Positions 10,493-20,983 of a stretch of 64,000 nucleotides of DNA are shown here, piece after piece; position 1 is the stretch's first letter; every line of letters begins with the position of its first letter. The notes under the pieces were generated by a model that saw only the letters and a list, made by a program, of their open reading frames with translations, did not search any database and was not told the DNA's origin. Both the position numbers and the translations under genes were made by a program. Source of the DNA: Gammaproteobacteria bacterium (lineage in GTDB: Bacteria > Pseudomonadota > Gammaproteobacteria > Eutrophobiales > Eutrophobiaceae); the NCBI GenBank assembly GCA_047620145.1, contig JBLHKO010000001.1, positions 9,007 through 73,006 of the forward strand, read 5' to 3'.

Positions 10493-12937
10493 ATGTTGCG
10501 ATTTGCCTTCAATATCATCCTGTTTTTTTTCCTCTCCGGCCTAATAATTATTGCCGGATTATCCTGGTTTTTGCTTCCTCAACTGCCAGATATAAGCAAT
10601 TTACAAGAGGTGAAATTACAAATTCCATTACGAATTTATAGCCAGAACAACTCTCTTATTGCAGAGTTTGGAGAGAAAAGACGAGAGCCAATCTTGATCG
10701 AGGAAGTACCTACTTCCGTAATACAAGCTTTCCTCGCTGCTGAAGATGATCGATTCTATCAGCACCCAGGCGTTGACTGGCAAGGCATCATGCGCGCCGT
10801 TGTCCATCTTGTTAAGACAGGTGATAAAGCGCAGGGAGGAAGCACCATCACTATGCAGGTCGCCAGAAATTTTTTTCTGAGTCGTGAAAAAACTTATCTT
10901 AGAAAATTAAATGAAATTTTCCTAGCGTTAAAGATTGAACGGAAATTGTCGAAAGATCAGATACTCGAGTTATATCTAAATAAAATTTATCTAGGCCATC
11001 GTTCCTATGGTATCGCTGCGGCTTCACAAACATATTACGGTATAGAACTGCATGAATTAACGCTCGCTCAAATAGCCATGCTAGCAGCATTACCCAAAGC
11101 TCCCTCTTCAACAAATCCCATAACCAGCCCGGAGAGGGCAAAAGACAGGCGCAATTATGTCTTACAACGAATGCGGGAAGAAAATTTTATTTCACCAGAA
11201 GATTATCAAACAGCTATTACTGCCCCCGTTACAGCAAGCTTACATAACCCTCAGGTTGAAGTTGAAGCCCCTTACGCCGCCGAAATGATCAGGAAACAGC
11301 TGCTCGAGCAATATGGCGAAAATGCTTATATAAGCGGCCTAAATGTAATGACAACCATCAAGGATAAAAACCAGACTGCGGCCAACCAGGCATTACGCAA
11401 AGCATTATCCGAATATGACGAGCGCCACGGCTACCGTGGTCCTGAACATCAATATGATTTAAATACCGACGATGATGAAGCCACATGGAGCCGCTTACTT
11501 GAAAGCTTTCCTACCATTGGACATCTCTACCCTGCCCTTGTTGTACAAGTGAATGACCAATCCATTACAACCTATTTATCTGGCCTTGGTTTAATCGATA
11601 TTGAGTGGTCTGGATTGTCATGGGCACACGCATACTTGAGTGAAAATCGCAGAGGAGCAAAACCGAAACTAGTCTCAGAATTCTTGAAAAATGGAGATGT
11701 CATAAGAGTCAGTGAAGATAGCGACGGTAAATGGAAGCTGGCTCAAATACCCGAAGTAGAAGGCGGTTTTGTTTCAATGGATCCGAATGATGGGGCGACT
11801 TTGGCTTTAGTTGGCGGATTTGATTTCCAGCGAAGTAAATTTAATCGTGTGACTCAAGCCTACCGACAACCAGGATCTGGATTTAAACCCTTTATATATT
11901 CTGCGGGGCTTGCTGCTGGGAACACTGCGGCAACGCTGGTTAATGATGCCCCCGTCGTGTTTGACGACCCCGGCGTAGAAGGTGTCTGGCGACCTGAAAA
12001 TTATAACCGCAAAAGTTACGGCCCAACACGGCTACGTGAAGCACTCACACATTCACGGAACCTTGTGTCTATCCGATTACTCGATGCCATTGGCATCCCG
12101 TTCGCCCTGGAACACATCAAAAAATTCGGTTTCAACATTGATGAACTACCCAAGAATCTATCACTATCATTGGGCAGCGCAACTTTAACACCCTGGCAAA
12201 TGGCAAGTGCTTACTGTGTCTTCGCCAATGGTGGCTATAAAGTTGATCCTTATCTGATAAAAACCATCACAACCCCTGAAGGAGATATCCTTTATCAGGC
12301 AGATCCTGTTTCAGTATGCCGGGAATGTCTGCAGCAGGAAGACAAGCCAGAGTTAGTTCATGAGACATCACCGCCACTTGACTTAACACAATCTGATTTA
12401 CAACAAGTGTCAGACCAGCCCGAGAAAAAATCGAGGGTTGCGCCACTTGTTGTCGACGAACGTAATATATGGATTATGAATTCAATCACTCGCGATGTAA
12501 TTAAACTTGGTACTGGACGCAGAGCCTTGGTCCTTAAACGTAAAGACATGTCAGGCAAGACCGGCACGACAAATGATCAAAGAGATGCCTGGTTCTATGG
12601 CTATAATGCAAACATAGTCGGTGTGGCATGGGTCGGATTTGACAAGTTTCAACCGCTGGGCAGCCAGGAAACCGGTGCCCGAGCTGCATTGCCTATCTGG
12701 GTTGAGTATATGAAAACAGCATTGGAAGGTATGCCAGAGAGTATTCTACCAGAGCCGGCTGGCCTCGTTTACGCCCGTATTAATAAAACCACTGGAAAAT
12801 TAGCGCAGCCTAATGATCCAGACTCCATGTTTGAAGTCTTTCGCAATGAATACGCCCCGGCAGCTCTAATTAACGAAACCCCGCTTCCACAATTAGACAG
12901 TGAGTCAAAACCCTCTGAGATTATTGATCTCTTCTGA
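10493..12937 (+). CDS. mrcA: penicillin-binding protein 1A (bifunctional transglycosylase/transpeptidase)
   Basis: 814 aa. GT51 motifs AAEDDRFYQHPGVD and GGSTITMQ. Transpeptidase motifs SGFKP, SRN and KTGTT. Confidence 0.95.
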   Translation: MLRFAFNIILFFFLSGLIIIAGLSWFLLPQLPDISNLQEVKLQIPLRIYSQNNSLIAEFGEKRREPILIEEVPTSVIQAFLAAEDDRFYQHPGVDWQGIMRAVVHLVKTGDKAQGGSTITMQVARNFFLSREKTYLRKLNEIFLALKIERKLSKDQILELYLNKIYLGHRSYGIAAASQTYYGIELHELTLAQIAMLAALPKAPSSTNPITSPERAKDRRNYVLQRMREENFISPEDYQTAITAPVTASLHNPQVEVEAPYAAEMIRKQLLEQYGENAYISGLNVMTTIKDKNQTAANQALRKALSEYDERHGYRGPEHQYDLNTDDDEATWSRLLESFPTIGHLYPALVVQVNDQSITTYLSGLGLIDIEWSGLSWAHAYLSENRRGAKPKLVSEFLKNGDVIRVSEDSDGKWKLAQIPEVEGGFVSMDPNDGATLALVGGFDFQRSKFNRVTQAYRQPGSGFKPFIYSAGLAAGNTAATLVNDAPVVFDDPGVEGVWRPENYNRKSYGPTRLREALTHSRNLVSIRLLDAIGIPFALEHIKKFGFNIDELPKNLSLSLGSATLTPWQMASAYCVFANGGYKVDPYLIKTITTPEGDILYQADPVSVCRECLQQEDKPELVHETSPPLDLTQSDLQQVSDQPEKKSRVAPLVVDERNIWIMNSITRDVIKLGTGRRALVLKRKDMSGKTGTTNDQRDAWFYGYNANIVGVAWVGFDKFQPLGSQETGARAALPIWVEYMKTALEGMPESILPEPAGLVYARINKTTGKLAQPNDPDSMFEVFRNEYAPAALINETPLPQLDSESKPSEIIDLF

Positions 12938-12953
12938 AACAAAAAGCCGTTAG

Positions 12954-13562
12954 ATGCATAAAACAGAAACAAAAATCCGGCAGGCGATTGCTGAGTTGGC
13001 GGCACGCTATATCGCCGAGGACGGGTTAATCACCTACCATGCGGCAAAACGTAAGGCCGCTGATCAGCTCGGTTATTACAATAATAAGGAACTGCCGAAA
13101 AATATCGAAATCGAGCGTGCTGTCATCAACTATCAGCACCTCTATCAAAGTTCTTTTCAGCCTCAGGCATTATCCAAGTTAAGAGGCTTGGCTATAGATA
13201 TCATGATCCAGTTCGAACGTTTTAATCCTCGCCTGGTGGGTTCTGTACTTGCAGGGACGGCGGGGAATCTTTCCGAAATCATTATTCATCTTTTCTCAGA
13301 TAACCCTGACACCATCATTATCCAGTTACAGGAAGACAATATTCCATATGAAATGAGTGAAAAAAAGATTCGTACTGCCGATAAAGACTCAATACCATTC
13401 CCCTCATGTTCTTTCTTCGCTGGAGGCACCCCTGTCATCCTGATCATTTTTCCCGAGAAGTACCTTAAGCAGGCTCCGCTATGCCCCATTGATGAAAAGC
13501 CAATGCAACGTGCCAATATCAAAAAGGTACAATCCTTACTTACATTCCTTATTGCAGAATAA
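12954..13562 (+). CDS. hypothetical protein
   Basis: 202-aa ORF starting 17 nt after ponA. I can assign no motif with confidence. The stretch GSVLAGTAGNLSEIIIHLF only vaguely recalls a degenerate nucleotidyltransferase-fold signature. Confidence 0.5.
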   Translation: MHKTETKIRQAIAELAARYIAEDGLITYHAAKRKAADQLGYYNNKELPKNIEIERAVINYQHLYQSSFQPQALSKLRGLAIDIMIQFERFNPRLVGSVLAGTAGNLSEIIIHLFSDNPDTIIIQLQEDNIPYEMSEKKIRTADKDSIPFPSCSFFAGGTPVILIIFPEKYLKQAPLCPIDEKPMQRANIKKVQSLLTFLIAE

Positions 13563-13614
13563 GTGCTAAACCATTGCTACACTTTTCGCCGATGATGCGT
13601 AATGATCGCTGACT

Positions 13615-15834
13615 ATGATTATTCTTCGCGTAGCACTTAACTCGCCCCTGCGTAGCCTGTTTGATTATCTACCCCCTGATAATTACGCTATCGAACATTT
13701 TTCACCTGGGCAAAGACTGCAAGTACCTTTTGGCAAGAACAGTGTGCGCATAGGGATCATTATTTCTATCGCAAAAACGACTGAAGTACCAAAACATAAA
13801 CTAAAAAAAGCATTGGCATTGCTGGATGAATCACCTTTGTTCCCACAAAAACATCTACAGCTCATTGAATGGGCCAGCCATTATTATCACCACCCCATCG
13901 GCGACGTTACTTTTTCGTCGATTCCCTCAGCGTTACGTAAGGGTAAAGCCGCTAAAATTAAATATGAACCCATCTGGCAGCTCACGAAAACAGGAGAAAA
14001 ACTCGACACCAATGAACTTTCTCGTGCAAAAAAACAGCTGGCAATCTTTCAGTTCATCAAGCTACACCCAGGAGGAGTATCTCAGGCACAACTAAGGAAT
14101 GAGTTTGAAAATATTCAGAATCCATTAAGCGTACTCTTAGCAAAAAATCTCATCGAAAAAAAAATAGCCTCAGCAAAAATAAATTCTGACAAGACGCTCT
14201 CTTGCCAGAATGATGATGCGTGGCATCTGCAGCCAAATAAAGAACAACAGAATGCGATTGATAAAATCATCGCTTCCTCGACGGCTTATCAGGCCTTTCT
14301 GCTGAATGGCATTACCGGTAGCGGCAAAACTGAAGTCTACCTGCATGTGATTCGACATATGTTGGCGGCAAACAAACAGGCATTAGTGCTGATCCCTGAA
14401 ATAGGACTCACAGCGCAATTTATCGACCTTATTCGAGAAAGATTTGGAGAAAACGTCGTAGTACTACACTCTGGATTATCTGAAGGTGAACGATTACATG
14501 GCTGGTTGAATGCGCGCGATGGAACAGCCTCCGTTGTCCTTGGCACACGCTCCGCCATATGGACACCAATGCCCAGCCTCGGCATGATTGTCATTGATGA
14601 AGAACATGATCTCTCCTATAAGCAACAAGACGGACTGCGTTATTCGGCAAGAGACCTCGCACTGATTCGGGGACAACGAGAAAAAATCCCGGTAGTGCTA
14701 GGCTCAGCAACACCTTCGATGGAGTCAATAAAAAATGCCAGAGATGGACGTTATCAAGAACTGCGATTATCAGAACGTGTCAGCAATTCAAGATTACCTG
14801 ATATTCATATCCATGATGTCAGAAACGAGAAAATGCATGGGGCAATATCTCAATACTTACTGACAAATATCAAGCAGTGCTTAGATGACAAACAACAGGT
14901 CTTGCTGTTCCTTAATCGTCGTGGCTACGCCCCGGTAATCATGTGTCATGAATGTAGTTTTATATCCACCTGTCCTCGTTGCAATGTATATATGACTTTT
15001 CATAAACACAAAAATAGATTGTCTTGTCATCATTGTGAACACAATGAACGGCTGCCAAAAACCTGCCCTGAATGCTCAAGTCATCAGTTAATAGAGGTGG
15101 GACATGGCACAGAACGACTCGGCGAAACACTTGCAGAACTTTTACCTGATGCAAAAATATTAAGAATCGACCGAGATAGCACACGCCGTAAAGGCAGTAT
15201 GCAAAAAATGCTGGAAGAAATTCACGCAGGAGATGCTGACATTCTGATTGGCACGCAAATGCTTGCCAAGGGACATCATTTTCCAAAAGTTACTCTTGTA
15301 GGTATTGTCGATGCAGACAGAGGCTTATTCAGTGTCGACTATCGTGCAAGTGAACGTATGGCACAGTTATTAATGCAAGTCAGTGGACGCGCCGGCCGTG
15401 GCGATACCCCGGGATCAGTTATTATCCAGACCCATTACCCTGAACACCCATTACTGGATAAACTAGCCCAGCATGATTATCATCAGTTTGTAGAATTATT
15501 GCTTGAAGAACGACAACAGACTCAACTTCCTCCATTCTCTTTTCAGGCTTTACTCCGTACAGAATCAAATAGCCAACAAGCCGCTTATAAATTTCTTAAC
15601 CTTGCCAAAACAAAACTACACACTCTGGCCGATGGGAAACTGGAAATATATGGTCCCATTTCTGCCCCCATGGAAAAACGTGCAGGCCGCTACCGACTTC
15701 AACTCCTAGTTCAGGCTAAAACCAGACAGGTAATTAAAAAGTTTTTAACACCCTGGATAGAAAATCTTGAACATATGCCTGAGGCACGCAAAGTACGATG
15801 GTCTATGGACGTTGATCCACAGGACATGATTTGA
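13615..15834 (+). CDS. priA: primosomal replication protein N' (PriA helicase)
   Basis: 739 aa. Walker A GITGSGKTEVY, DEEHD box and a Cys-rich zinc region (CHECSFISTCPRC..CHHC..CPEC). Confidence 0.95.
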   Translation: MIILRVALNSPLRSLFDYLPPDNYAIEHFSPGQRLQVPFGKNSVRIGIIISIAKTTEVPKHKLKKALALLDESPLFPQKHLQLIEWASHYYHHPIGDVTFSSIPSALRKGKAAKIKYEPIWQLTKTGEKLDTNELSRAKKQLAIFQFIKLHPGGVSQAQLRNEFENIQNPLSVLLAKNLIEKKIASAKINSDKTLSCQNDDAWHLQPNKEQQNAIDKIIASSTAYQAFLLNGITGSGKTEVYLHVIRHMLAANKQALVLIPEIGLTAQFIDLIRERFGENVVVLHSGLSEGERLHGWLNARDGTASVVLGTRSAIWTPMPSLGMIVIDEEHDLSYKQQDGLRYSARDLALIRGQREKIPVVLGSATPSMESIKNARDGRYQELRLSERVSNSRLPDIHIHDVRNEKMHGAISQYLLTNIKQCLDDKQQVLLFLNRRGYAPVIMCHECSFISTCPRCNVYMTFHKHKNRLSCHHCEHNERLPKTCPECSSHQLIEVGHGTERLGETLAELLPDAKILRIDRDSTRRKGSMQKMLEEIHAGDADILIGTQMLAKGHHFPKVTLVGIVDADRGLFSVDYRASERMAQLLMQVSGRAGRGDTPGSVIIQTHYPEHPLLDKLAQHDYHQFVELLLEERQQTQLPPFSFQALLRTESNSQQAAYKFLNLAKTKLHTLADGKLEIYGPISAPMEKRAGRYRLQLLVQAKTRQVIKKFLTPWIENLEHMPEARKVRWSMDVDPQDMI

Positions 15835-15953
15835 TCAAGAAATACCCTATATAATATAGCCATAGTAATGACAGCAGCATTTGAACTCAATCCAGAGTAC
15901 TGCATCCAATAAATAACGGATAAGAAAAATTCCAAATCTTGAGGAATATTAAT

Positions 15954-16601
15954 ATGCACAGTAGACTTTACACATCATTACTCTTTTGCTTTTCAGTAAC
16001 TCTATTTCCCTTGCACAGTACTGCCCTTGAAGTGGCTATCAGTAATGAGATTGAATCAGTAGAGGTTGTTCACCAGGGTCAGAAAGTTATTATTATGCGC
16101 AATCAGGACGTAGAAAATACGGTACATCCGAGCTATGCGAAAACTTCACGGAAGTGTCCACCATTTTGTATTCAGCCAGAAAAACTTGCGGAAGGCGTGG
16201 AGACAATTGCCGAGTTGGAGATGCTGGATTACCTGAAACGATCCAGTGCAGGTGACGATAGCATATTGGTCATTGATTCAAGAACGCCGGATTGGGTTAA
16301 AAATGGCACCATCCCGGGAAGTACTAATATTCCCTGGACTCAACTCAAGCCGGATGCAGGTGCAGACCCATTTACGATTGCCGATATTCTGGAGAAACAG
16401 TTCGGCGCACAATCACTGGAAGGTCTGTGGGATTTTTCAAATGCCAAGACACTGGTGCTTTTTTGTAATGGCATGTGGTGTGCGCAATCGCCGTCCAATA
16501 TAAAAACTTTACTTAAATTTGGTTACCCGGCACATAAATTGAAATGGTATCGGGGCGGCATGCAAAACTGGCATAACCTTGGCCTGACAGTCGTCAAATA
16601 A
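15954..16601 (+). CDS. exported rhodanese-domain protein
   Basis: The track ORF starts at TTG 15939. ATG 15954 follows GAGGA and gives a signal-like N-terminus (MHSRLYTSLLFCFSVTLFPLHSTA). A rhodanese-type active-site Cys loop (FCNGMWCAQS) is present. Confidence 0.75.
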   Translation: MHSRLYTSLLFCFSVTLFPLHSTALEVAISNEIESVEVVHQGQKVIIMRNQDVENTVHPSYAKTSRKCPPFCIQPEKLAEGVETIAELEMLDYLKRSSAGDDSILVIDSRTPDWVKNGTIPGSTNIPWTQLKPDAGADPFTIADILEKQFGAQSLEGLWDFSNAKTLVLFCNGMWCAQSPSNIKTLLKFGYPAHKLKWYRGGMQNWHNLGLTVVK

Positions 16602-16713
16602 TTAACATAGCAATCATAAACATCTTTAATTAACAACAAATCATCTTCTACTGTCTAGACGCTCACGTTACAATGCGCGACTTTCAATAAGCCTAGATGC
16701 TAGGAGTGAACGT

Positions 16714-18462
16714 TTGAAACAAGAGTTACAGCAACTCCTCACGGAGGCTATTTCAATCGTTCAGGAGAAAATGAATCTGTCATTTTCTCCTATTGATGAT
16801 ATTCAGATAGAAAGAACGCGCGATCAGACACACGGTGATTTCGCTTGCAACATTGCCATGGTGCTGGCCAAGCAGGCGAAATCAAACCCTAGAGAATTAG
16901 CATCTGCACTGCTTGAAAACTTACCTGCCTCGGAAATGATTGATCGCGTCGAAATTGCCGGTCCTGGGTTTATTAATTTTTTCCTTAGCAAGCAATCCCG
17001 ACTGAATGTTATTTCTAAAGTCCTGCAATCCGGAAGTAATTACGGCAGATCAGAATTTGGTTCAGGACAATCGATACTGGTCGAATTCGTTTCAGCCAAT
17101 CCAACGGGTCCTCTGCATGTTGGTCATGGCCGAGGGGCTGCTTATGGTGCGGTTGTTTCTAACCTACTTGAAGCCATTGGCTATAAAGTAGACAAAGAAT
17201 ATTACGTCAATGATGCCGGAAGACAGATGGATATCCTGACGCTGAGTATCTGGCTGCGCTATCTTGAACAATGCGGTATCAAGATTGATTTTCCTAAAAA
17301 TGCTTATCAGGGTGATTATATCCGCGAGATTGCAGACAAACTGTTTCGCGATAAACAACAAACTTTCGGCTCTGAAGCAGAGCCCCTTAGAAATATTATT
17401 ATTAATAGTGACGATCCAGAAACCTCTATCGATCAATTAATCGCTTTTACAAAAGCAACATTGGGGTCTGAAAATTATCAGACGATCCTGGATTTGGGGC
17501 TAAATAAAATACTCAGTGAAATACGTGAAGACTTGGCTGATTTTGGTGTGGTCTTCGACCGTTGGTTTTCTGAACGCTCACTTACTGATGATGATCAGAT
17601 TCAGAGTTGTATCGATAAACTCAAACAAAGTGATTACGTTTTTGAAGAGAATGGTGCTCTTTGGTTTCGCTCAACCGCATTTGGGGATGAAAAAGATAGG
17701 GTCATCATCCGTGATAATGGGCAGGCAACTTATTTCGCCTCGGATATTGCTTACCACGTAGAAAAATTTTCACGCGGCTATGACAAGGCTATTAATATTT
17801 GGGGTGCAGATCATCATGGCTATATTGCCAGAGTCAAAGCGGCACTTTCTGCGCTTGATGAAAACCCTGACAAACTTGAAATTCTGTTGGTTCAATTTGC
17901 AACTCTATATAGAGGTACTGAAAAATTACCGATGTCTACTCGTTCTGGACAATTTGTGACCTTGAAAGAATTGCGGAATGAAGTCGGTAAAGATGCAACG
18001 CGTTTTTTCTATATCATGCGTAAAAGTGAACAACATCTTGATTTTGATCTGGAATTGGCTAAATCAAAATCAACCGAAAATCCCGTTTACTATATTCAAT
18101 ACGCTCACGCCAGGATATGCAGTGTCCTGAAACAAGTAGAAGAGAAAGGATTTTCCTACGATGTTGACATAGGCAATCATAATCTACAGACACTGACAGA
18201 ACCATCCGAAGAAAAATTGATCACGGCACTGTCGCGTTATCCGGAAATTGTGCATGCCGCCGCGATCGAGCATGAGCCTCATCAAATCGCTTATTACCTT
18301 CGGGATCTCGCAAACGAATTTCATAGCTATTACAATTCATGTCAGTTTATTGTTGATTCCGATGAATTAAGGAACGCACGTCTTAATCTTATCTGTGCCA
18401 GCAAACAAGTCCTTGCTAATGGGCTTGGCATTTTGGGCGTGTCCACACCGGAAGCAATGTAG
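16714..18462 (+). CDS. argS: arginine--tRNA ligase
   Basis: 582 aa with a TTG start. HIGH-type motif ANPTGPLHVGHGR, MSTRSG motif, and a C-terminal anticodon-binding region. Confidence 0.95.
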   Translation: MKQELQQLLTEAISIVQEKMNLSFSPIDDIQIERTRDQTHGDFACNIAMVLAKQAKSNPRELASALLENLPASEMIDRVEIAGPGFINFFLSKQSRLNVISKVLQSGSNYGRSEFGSGQSILVEFVSANPTGPLHVGHGRGAAYGAVVSNLLEAIGYKVDKEYYVNDAGRQMDILTLSIWLRYLEQCGIKIDFPKNAYQGDYIREIADKLFRDKQQTFGSEAEPLRNIIINSDDPETSIDQLIAFTKATLGSENYQTILDLGLNKILSEIREDLADFGVVFDRWFSERSLTDDDQIQSCIDKLKQSDYVFEENGALWFRSTAFGDEKDRVIIRDNGQATYFASDIAYHVEKFSRGYDKAINIWGADHHGYIARVKAALSALDENPDKLEILLVQFATLYRGTEKLPMSTRSGQFVTLKELRNEVGKDATRFFYIMRKSEQHLDFDLELAKSKSTENPVYYIQYAHARICSVLKQVEEKGFSYDVDIGNHNLQTLTEPSEEKLITALSRYPEIVHAAAIEHEPHQIAYYLRDLANEFHSYYNSCQFIVDSDELRNARLNLICASKQVLANGLGILGVSTPEAM

Positions 18463-18476
18463 AGAAAAGTTAAACC

Positions 18477-19061
18477 ATGCCCAAAGATTACAAAAACATC
18501 ACATCAACGAAGAAGGACAAGCCGACTAGTAACTCTAGTCAATTGAAATCATTTTTTGCTGGTCTGACAGTTGGGTTGTGTGTCGCACTGATTGTTTATT
18601 TTTACCAGCATGACCTCGGACAACAGACACAGATTATCCAGCCAAAAGTTACTGTTGAAACTCCTGAGCCAGAACCAAGCCAAACAGATGACACTCCCCC
18701 ACCGTCATTTGATTTCTATCAGATACTCCCAAACATGGAGGTCAATGTTTCCGAATGGGAGGCAGAACAAGATGAAGATATTGAGGAACATGCAGAACCT
18801 AGCACTGAAAAACCCGGAATATACATTCTCCAGATCGGCTCCTTTAAACAATACGATGCGGCCGATGAAGTAAAAGCGAAGCTCGCCCTGATGGGGATTG
18901 AAGCTGATATACAACGTGTTGTGATTAATGGTAAGGATATTAGGCACCGAGTCAGGGTCGGTCCCTATAGAGATTCGGAGAAGCTCTCGATGGTACGCAA
19001 ACAATTAACGCAAAATAGTCTGAATTATATGCTGCTGAAACTTAAAAGTGAGAACGAGTAA
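18477..19061 (+). CDS. SPOR-domain cell-division/peptidoglycan-binding protein
   Basis: 194 aa: an N-terminal TM helix, a Pro/Glu-rich linker, and a C-terminal SPOR-like domain (YILQIGSFKQYDAADEVKAKLALMGIEADI...VRVGPY). Found downstream of argS, as in many gammaproteobacteria. Confidence 0.8.
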   Translation: MPKDYKNITSTKKDKPTSNSSQLKSFFAGLTVGLCVALIVYFYQHDLGQQTQIIQPKVTVETPEPEPSQTDDTPPPSFDFYQILPNMEVNVSEWEAEQDEDIEEHAEPSTEKPGIYILQIGSFKQYDAADEVKAKLALMGIEADIQRVVINGKDIRHRVRVGPYRDSEKLSMVRKQLTQNSLNYMLLKLKSENE

Positions 19062-19110
19062 CTATCGACTACGTACATCCGATCGGGTATTTGAATAAAC
19101 AGAACATTTG

Positions 19111-19184
19111 TGGAGCGGGTGATGGGAATCGAACCCACGTATTCAGCTTGGGAAGCTAATGTTCTACCATTGAACTACACCCGC
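19111..19184 (-). tRNA. tRNA-Gly (anticodon CCC)
   Basis: The reverse complement GCGGGTGTAGTTCAATGGTAGAACATTAGCTTCCCAAGCTGAATACGTGGGTTCGATTCCCATCACCCGCTCCA folds as a cloverleaf. The anticodon loop is TTCCCAA and the CCA end is encoded. Confidence 0.93.
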
Positions 19185-19396
19185 GAAGTTTGCTTAGATC
19201 CAGCCTCTATTAAGGTACCAGAAAAACTCCTCTCACGCAGTGTGCTCTCCATCATATTTTGGTGTAAGATTCGCATTGAGTATTTGGAAATTCATTAAAA
19301 TTGATAAGACAATCATGCGGTTATATATTTTCTTTATTAACCATGATTACCATAAATTCAGTTGATTAGGCTGGCGGGGAGATAAAGACTAGGATC

Positions 19397-19792
19397 ATGG
19401 GGACGATAAGGCCAGTTGTCGTTGGCGTGGACAAAAGTCCGTCAATGAGAAAAATTCTCGAAAGAAGCACAGAAAATCTGGATATTGATTTAACTGTGTT
19501 TACTTCCGCGGATGAAGCGTGGACATACCTGCAGTCGAACACTCCGGATCTGATTATTCTTAGTATTATAATGCCTATCAAGGATGGCTTATCTCTGTTA
19601 AACGAAATACGACAGCTGCCTAATCATCGGCAAACGAAAGTGATCATTGTTAGCTCAAAGGATTATGCTCAGGATCGAATCATCGCAAATGAACTTGGGG
19701 CTCTGGAATTTATAGCCAAACCCATGCCGATGAAGACAATTACGGATGTTATAGTAAGATACACCCAAGCAAATTTGAAAAAACCAAGTTAA
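19397..19792 (+). CDS. stand-alone receiver-domain protein lacking the phospho-acceptor aspartate (pseudo-receiver)
   Basis: 131 aa with a CheY-like pattern. The D12/D13 equivalents are D12-K13. The D57 equivalent is Ser56 (DLIILSIIMP, codon 19562-19564). The T87 equivalent is Ser (VIIVSS). The K109 equivalent is kept (FIAKP). Confidence 0.8.
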   Translation: MGTIRPVVVGVDKSPSMRKILERSTENLDIDLTVFTSADEAWTYLQSNTPDLIILSIIMPIKDGLSLLNEIRQLPNHRQTKVIIVSSKDYAQDRIIANELGALEFIAKPMPMKTITDVIVRYTQANLKKPS

Positions 19793-19817
19793 ATAAACAA
19801 AGATTAAATAATTACTA

Positions 19818-20726
19818 ATGAGTAAATCACATCTCCGTTTCTGGGGTGTTCGTGGGTCTTACGCGGCACCTTTTGCCAGCCATCTGGGTGTTGGCGGTAA
19901 TACATCGTGCGTGGAAATAAGATCTGGTGACCACTTGCTGATTTGCGATGCTGGAACCGGGATTATCCCGCTTGGTAACGAATTAATGCAGCAGAATAGA
20001 ATCCGGGAAGCGCTCATCCTTTTGACACACTATCACTGGGATCATGTTTGTGGTTTGCCATTCTTCGTTCCTGCATTCGTACCTGACTGGAAGATCGATT
20101 TCTTTGGTCCTGGTGAGAGCCCTAGATTAATGGAACAAAATATTTCTTCACAGATGCAGGCTCCTTATTTTCCAGTTGGCACAGAAACCTGGCTGGCTGA
20201 AACGAATTATCTCGATCCGAAAGTTGATAGCTTGATGTACGGGCCCATGAAAGTTGATTTCTCGAACGTACACCATCCAGGTATTACTTATGGATACAAG
20301 ATCGAAGTTAATGGAAAAACAGTAATTTATGCATCAGACAATGAATGTAAGTTTATTGAAAAATCGATTAAACACAGAACTGATGAACTTAATGAAGAAG
20401 AGCTTGAGCTATTTAATGAGATGATTCAGGAAGAACATCAGTCAGAATTAAATTTTTTCAAAAATGCTGACATCCTTATCCACGATGCGCAATATACGCC
20501 AGAAGATTATAATAAAAAACGTGGCTGGGGGCACTCTTGCTATATCGACACTGTCACCACAGCGATTGATGCGAATGTGAAAGAACTTTACCTGTTTCAT
20601 CATGATCCAAACTATGATGATAAAGCCATGGAAGCTATTCATAAACATTCTATTGCGATTATCAAAGAAAGGGGATCCTCTCTTGTCTGTCATCTTGCAA
20701 AAGAAGGCATGATCGTAGATATTTAA
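19818..20726 (+). CDS. MBL-fold metallo-hydrolase
   Basis: 302 aa with the HxHxDH motif (THYHWDHVCG) and later His/Asp ligands. Starts 25 nt downstream of the receiver gene. Confidence 0.85.
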   Translation: MSKSHLRFWGVRGSYAAPFASHLGVGGNTSCVEIRSGDHLLICDAGTGIIPLGNELMQQNRIREALILLTHYHWDHVCGLPFFVPAFVPDWKIDFFGPGESPRLMEQNISSQMQAPYFPVGTETWLAETNYLDPKVDSLMYGPMKVDFSNVHHPGITYGYKIEVNGKTVIYASDNECKFIEKSIKHRTDELNEEELELFNEMIQEEHQSELNFFKNADILIHDAQYTPEDYNKKRGWGHSCYIDTVTTAIDANVKELYLFHHDPNYDDKAMEAIHKHSIAIIKERGSSLVCHLAKEGMIVDI

Positions 20727-20785
20727 ATCTTCATTTCCCTGTGTAAAATTACCTGGTGTAAACGTTTCATCGACCAAAAATAGCT

Positions 20786-20983
20786 ATGCAAATTACCCTC
20801 AACGGCGAATCTATCGACCTTGATAATTCAGTCAATATCGATCAGTTACTTTCCAAACTTGAACTTTCCGGTCGTCTTGCCGTAGAAGTAAACCAGCGCA
20901 TCATCCCCCGCAGTTTATTTTCGACTTATGAAATTGAATCCGGCGATCATGTTGAAATCGTTACAGCAATCGGTGGCGGCTAA
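20786..20983 (+). CDS. thiS: sulfur carrier protein ThiS
   Basis: 65 aa ending in GG. Overlaps the thiG start by 1 nt (TAATG). Confidence 0.9.
   Translation: MQITLNGESIDLDNSVNIDQLLSKLELSGRLAVEVNQRIIPRSLFSTYEIESGDHVEIVTAIGGG

Noticed and set aside
19110-19298. Track ORFs overlapping 19110-19298 and 47445-47645.
   Set aside because: Both begin inside tRNA genes (tRNA-Gly and tRNA-Arg on the opposite strand). The apparent coding sequence is the reverse complement of the tRNA.
20727-20785. TPP riboswitch upstream of thiS-thiG.
   Set aside because: The spacer is only 59 nt. I could not find the conserved CUGAGA / ACCUGAUCUGGAUAAUGCCAGCG-type elements.
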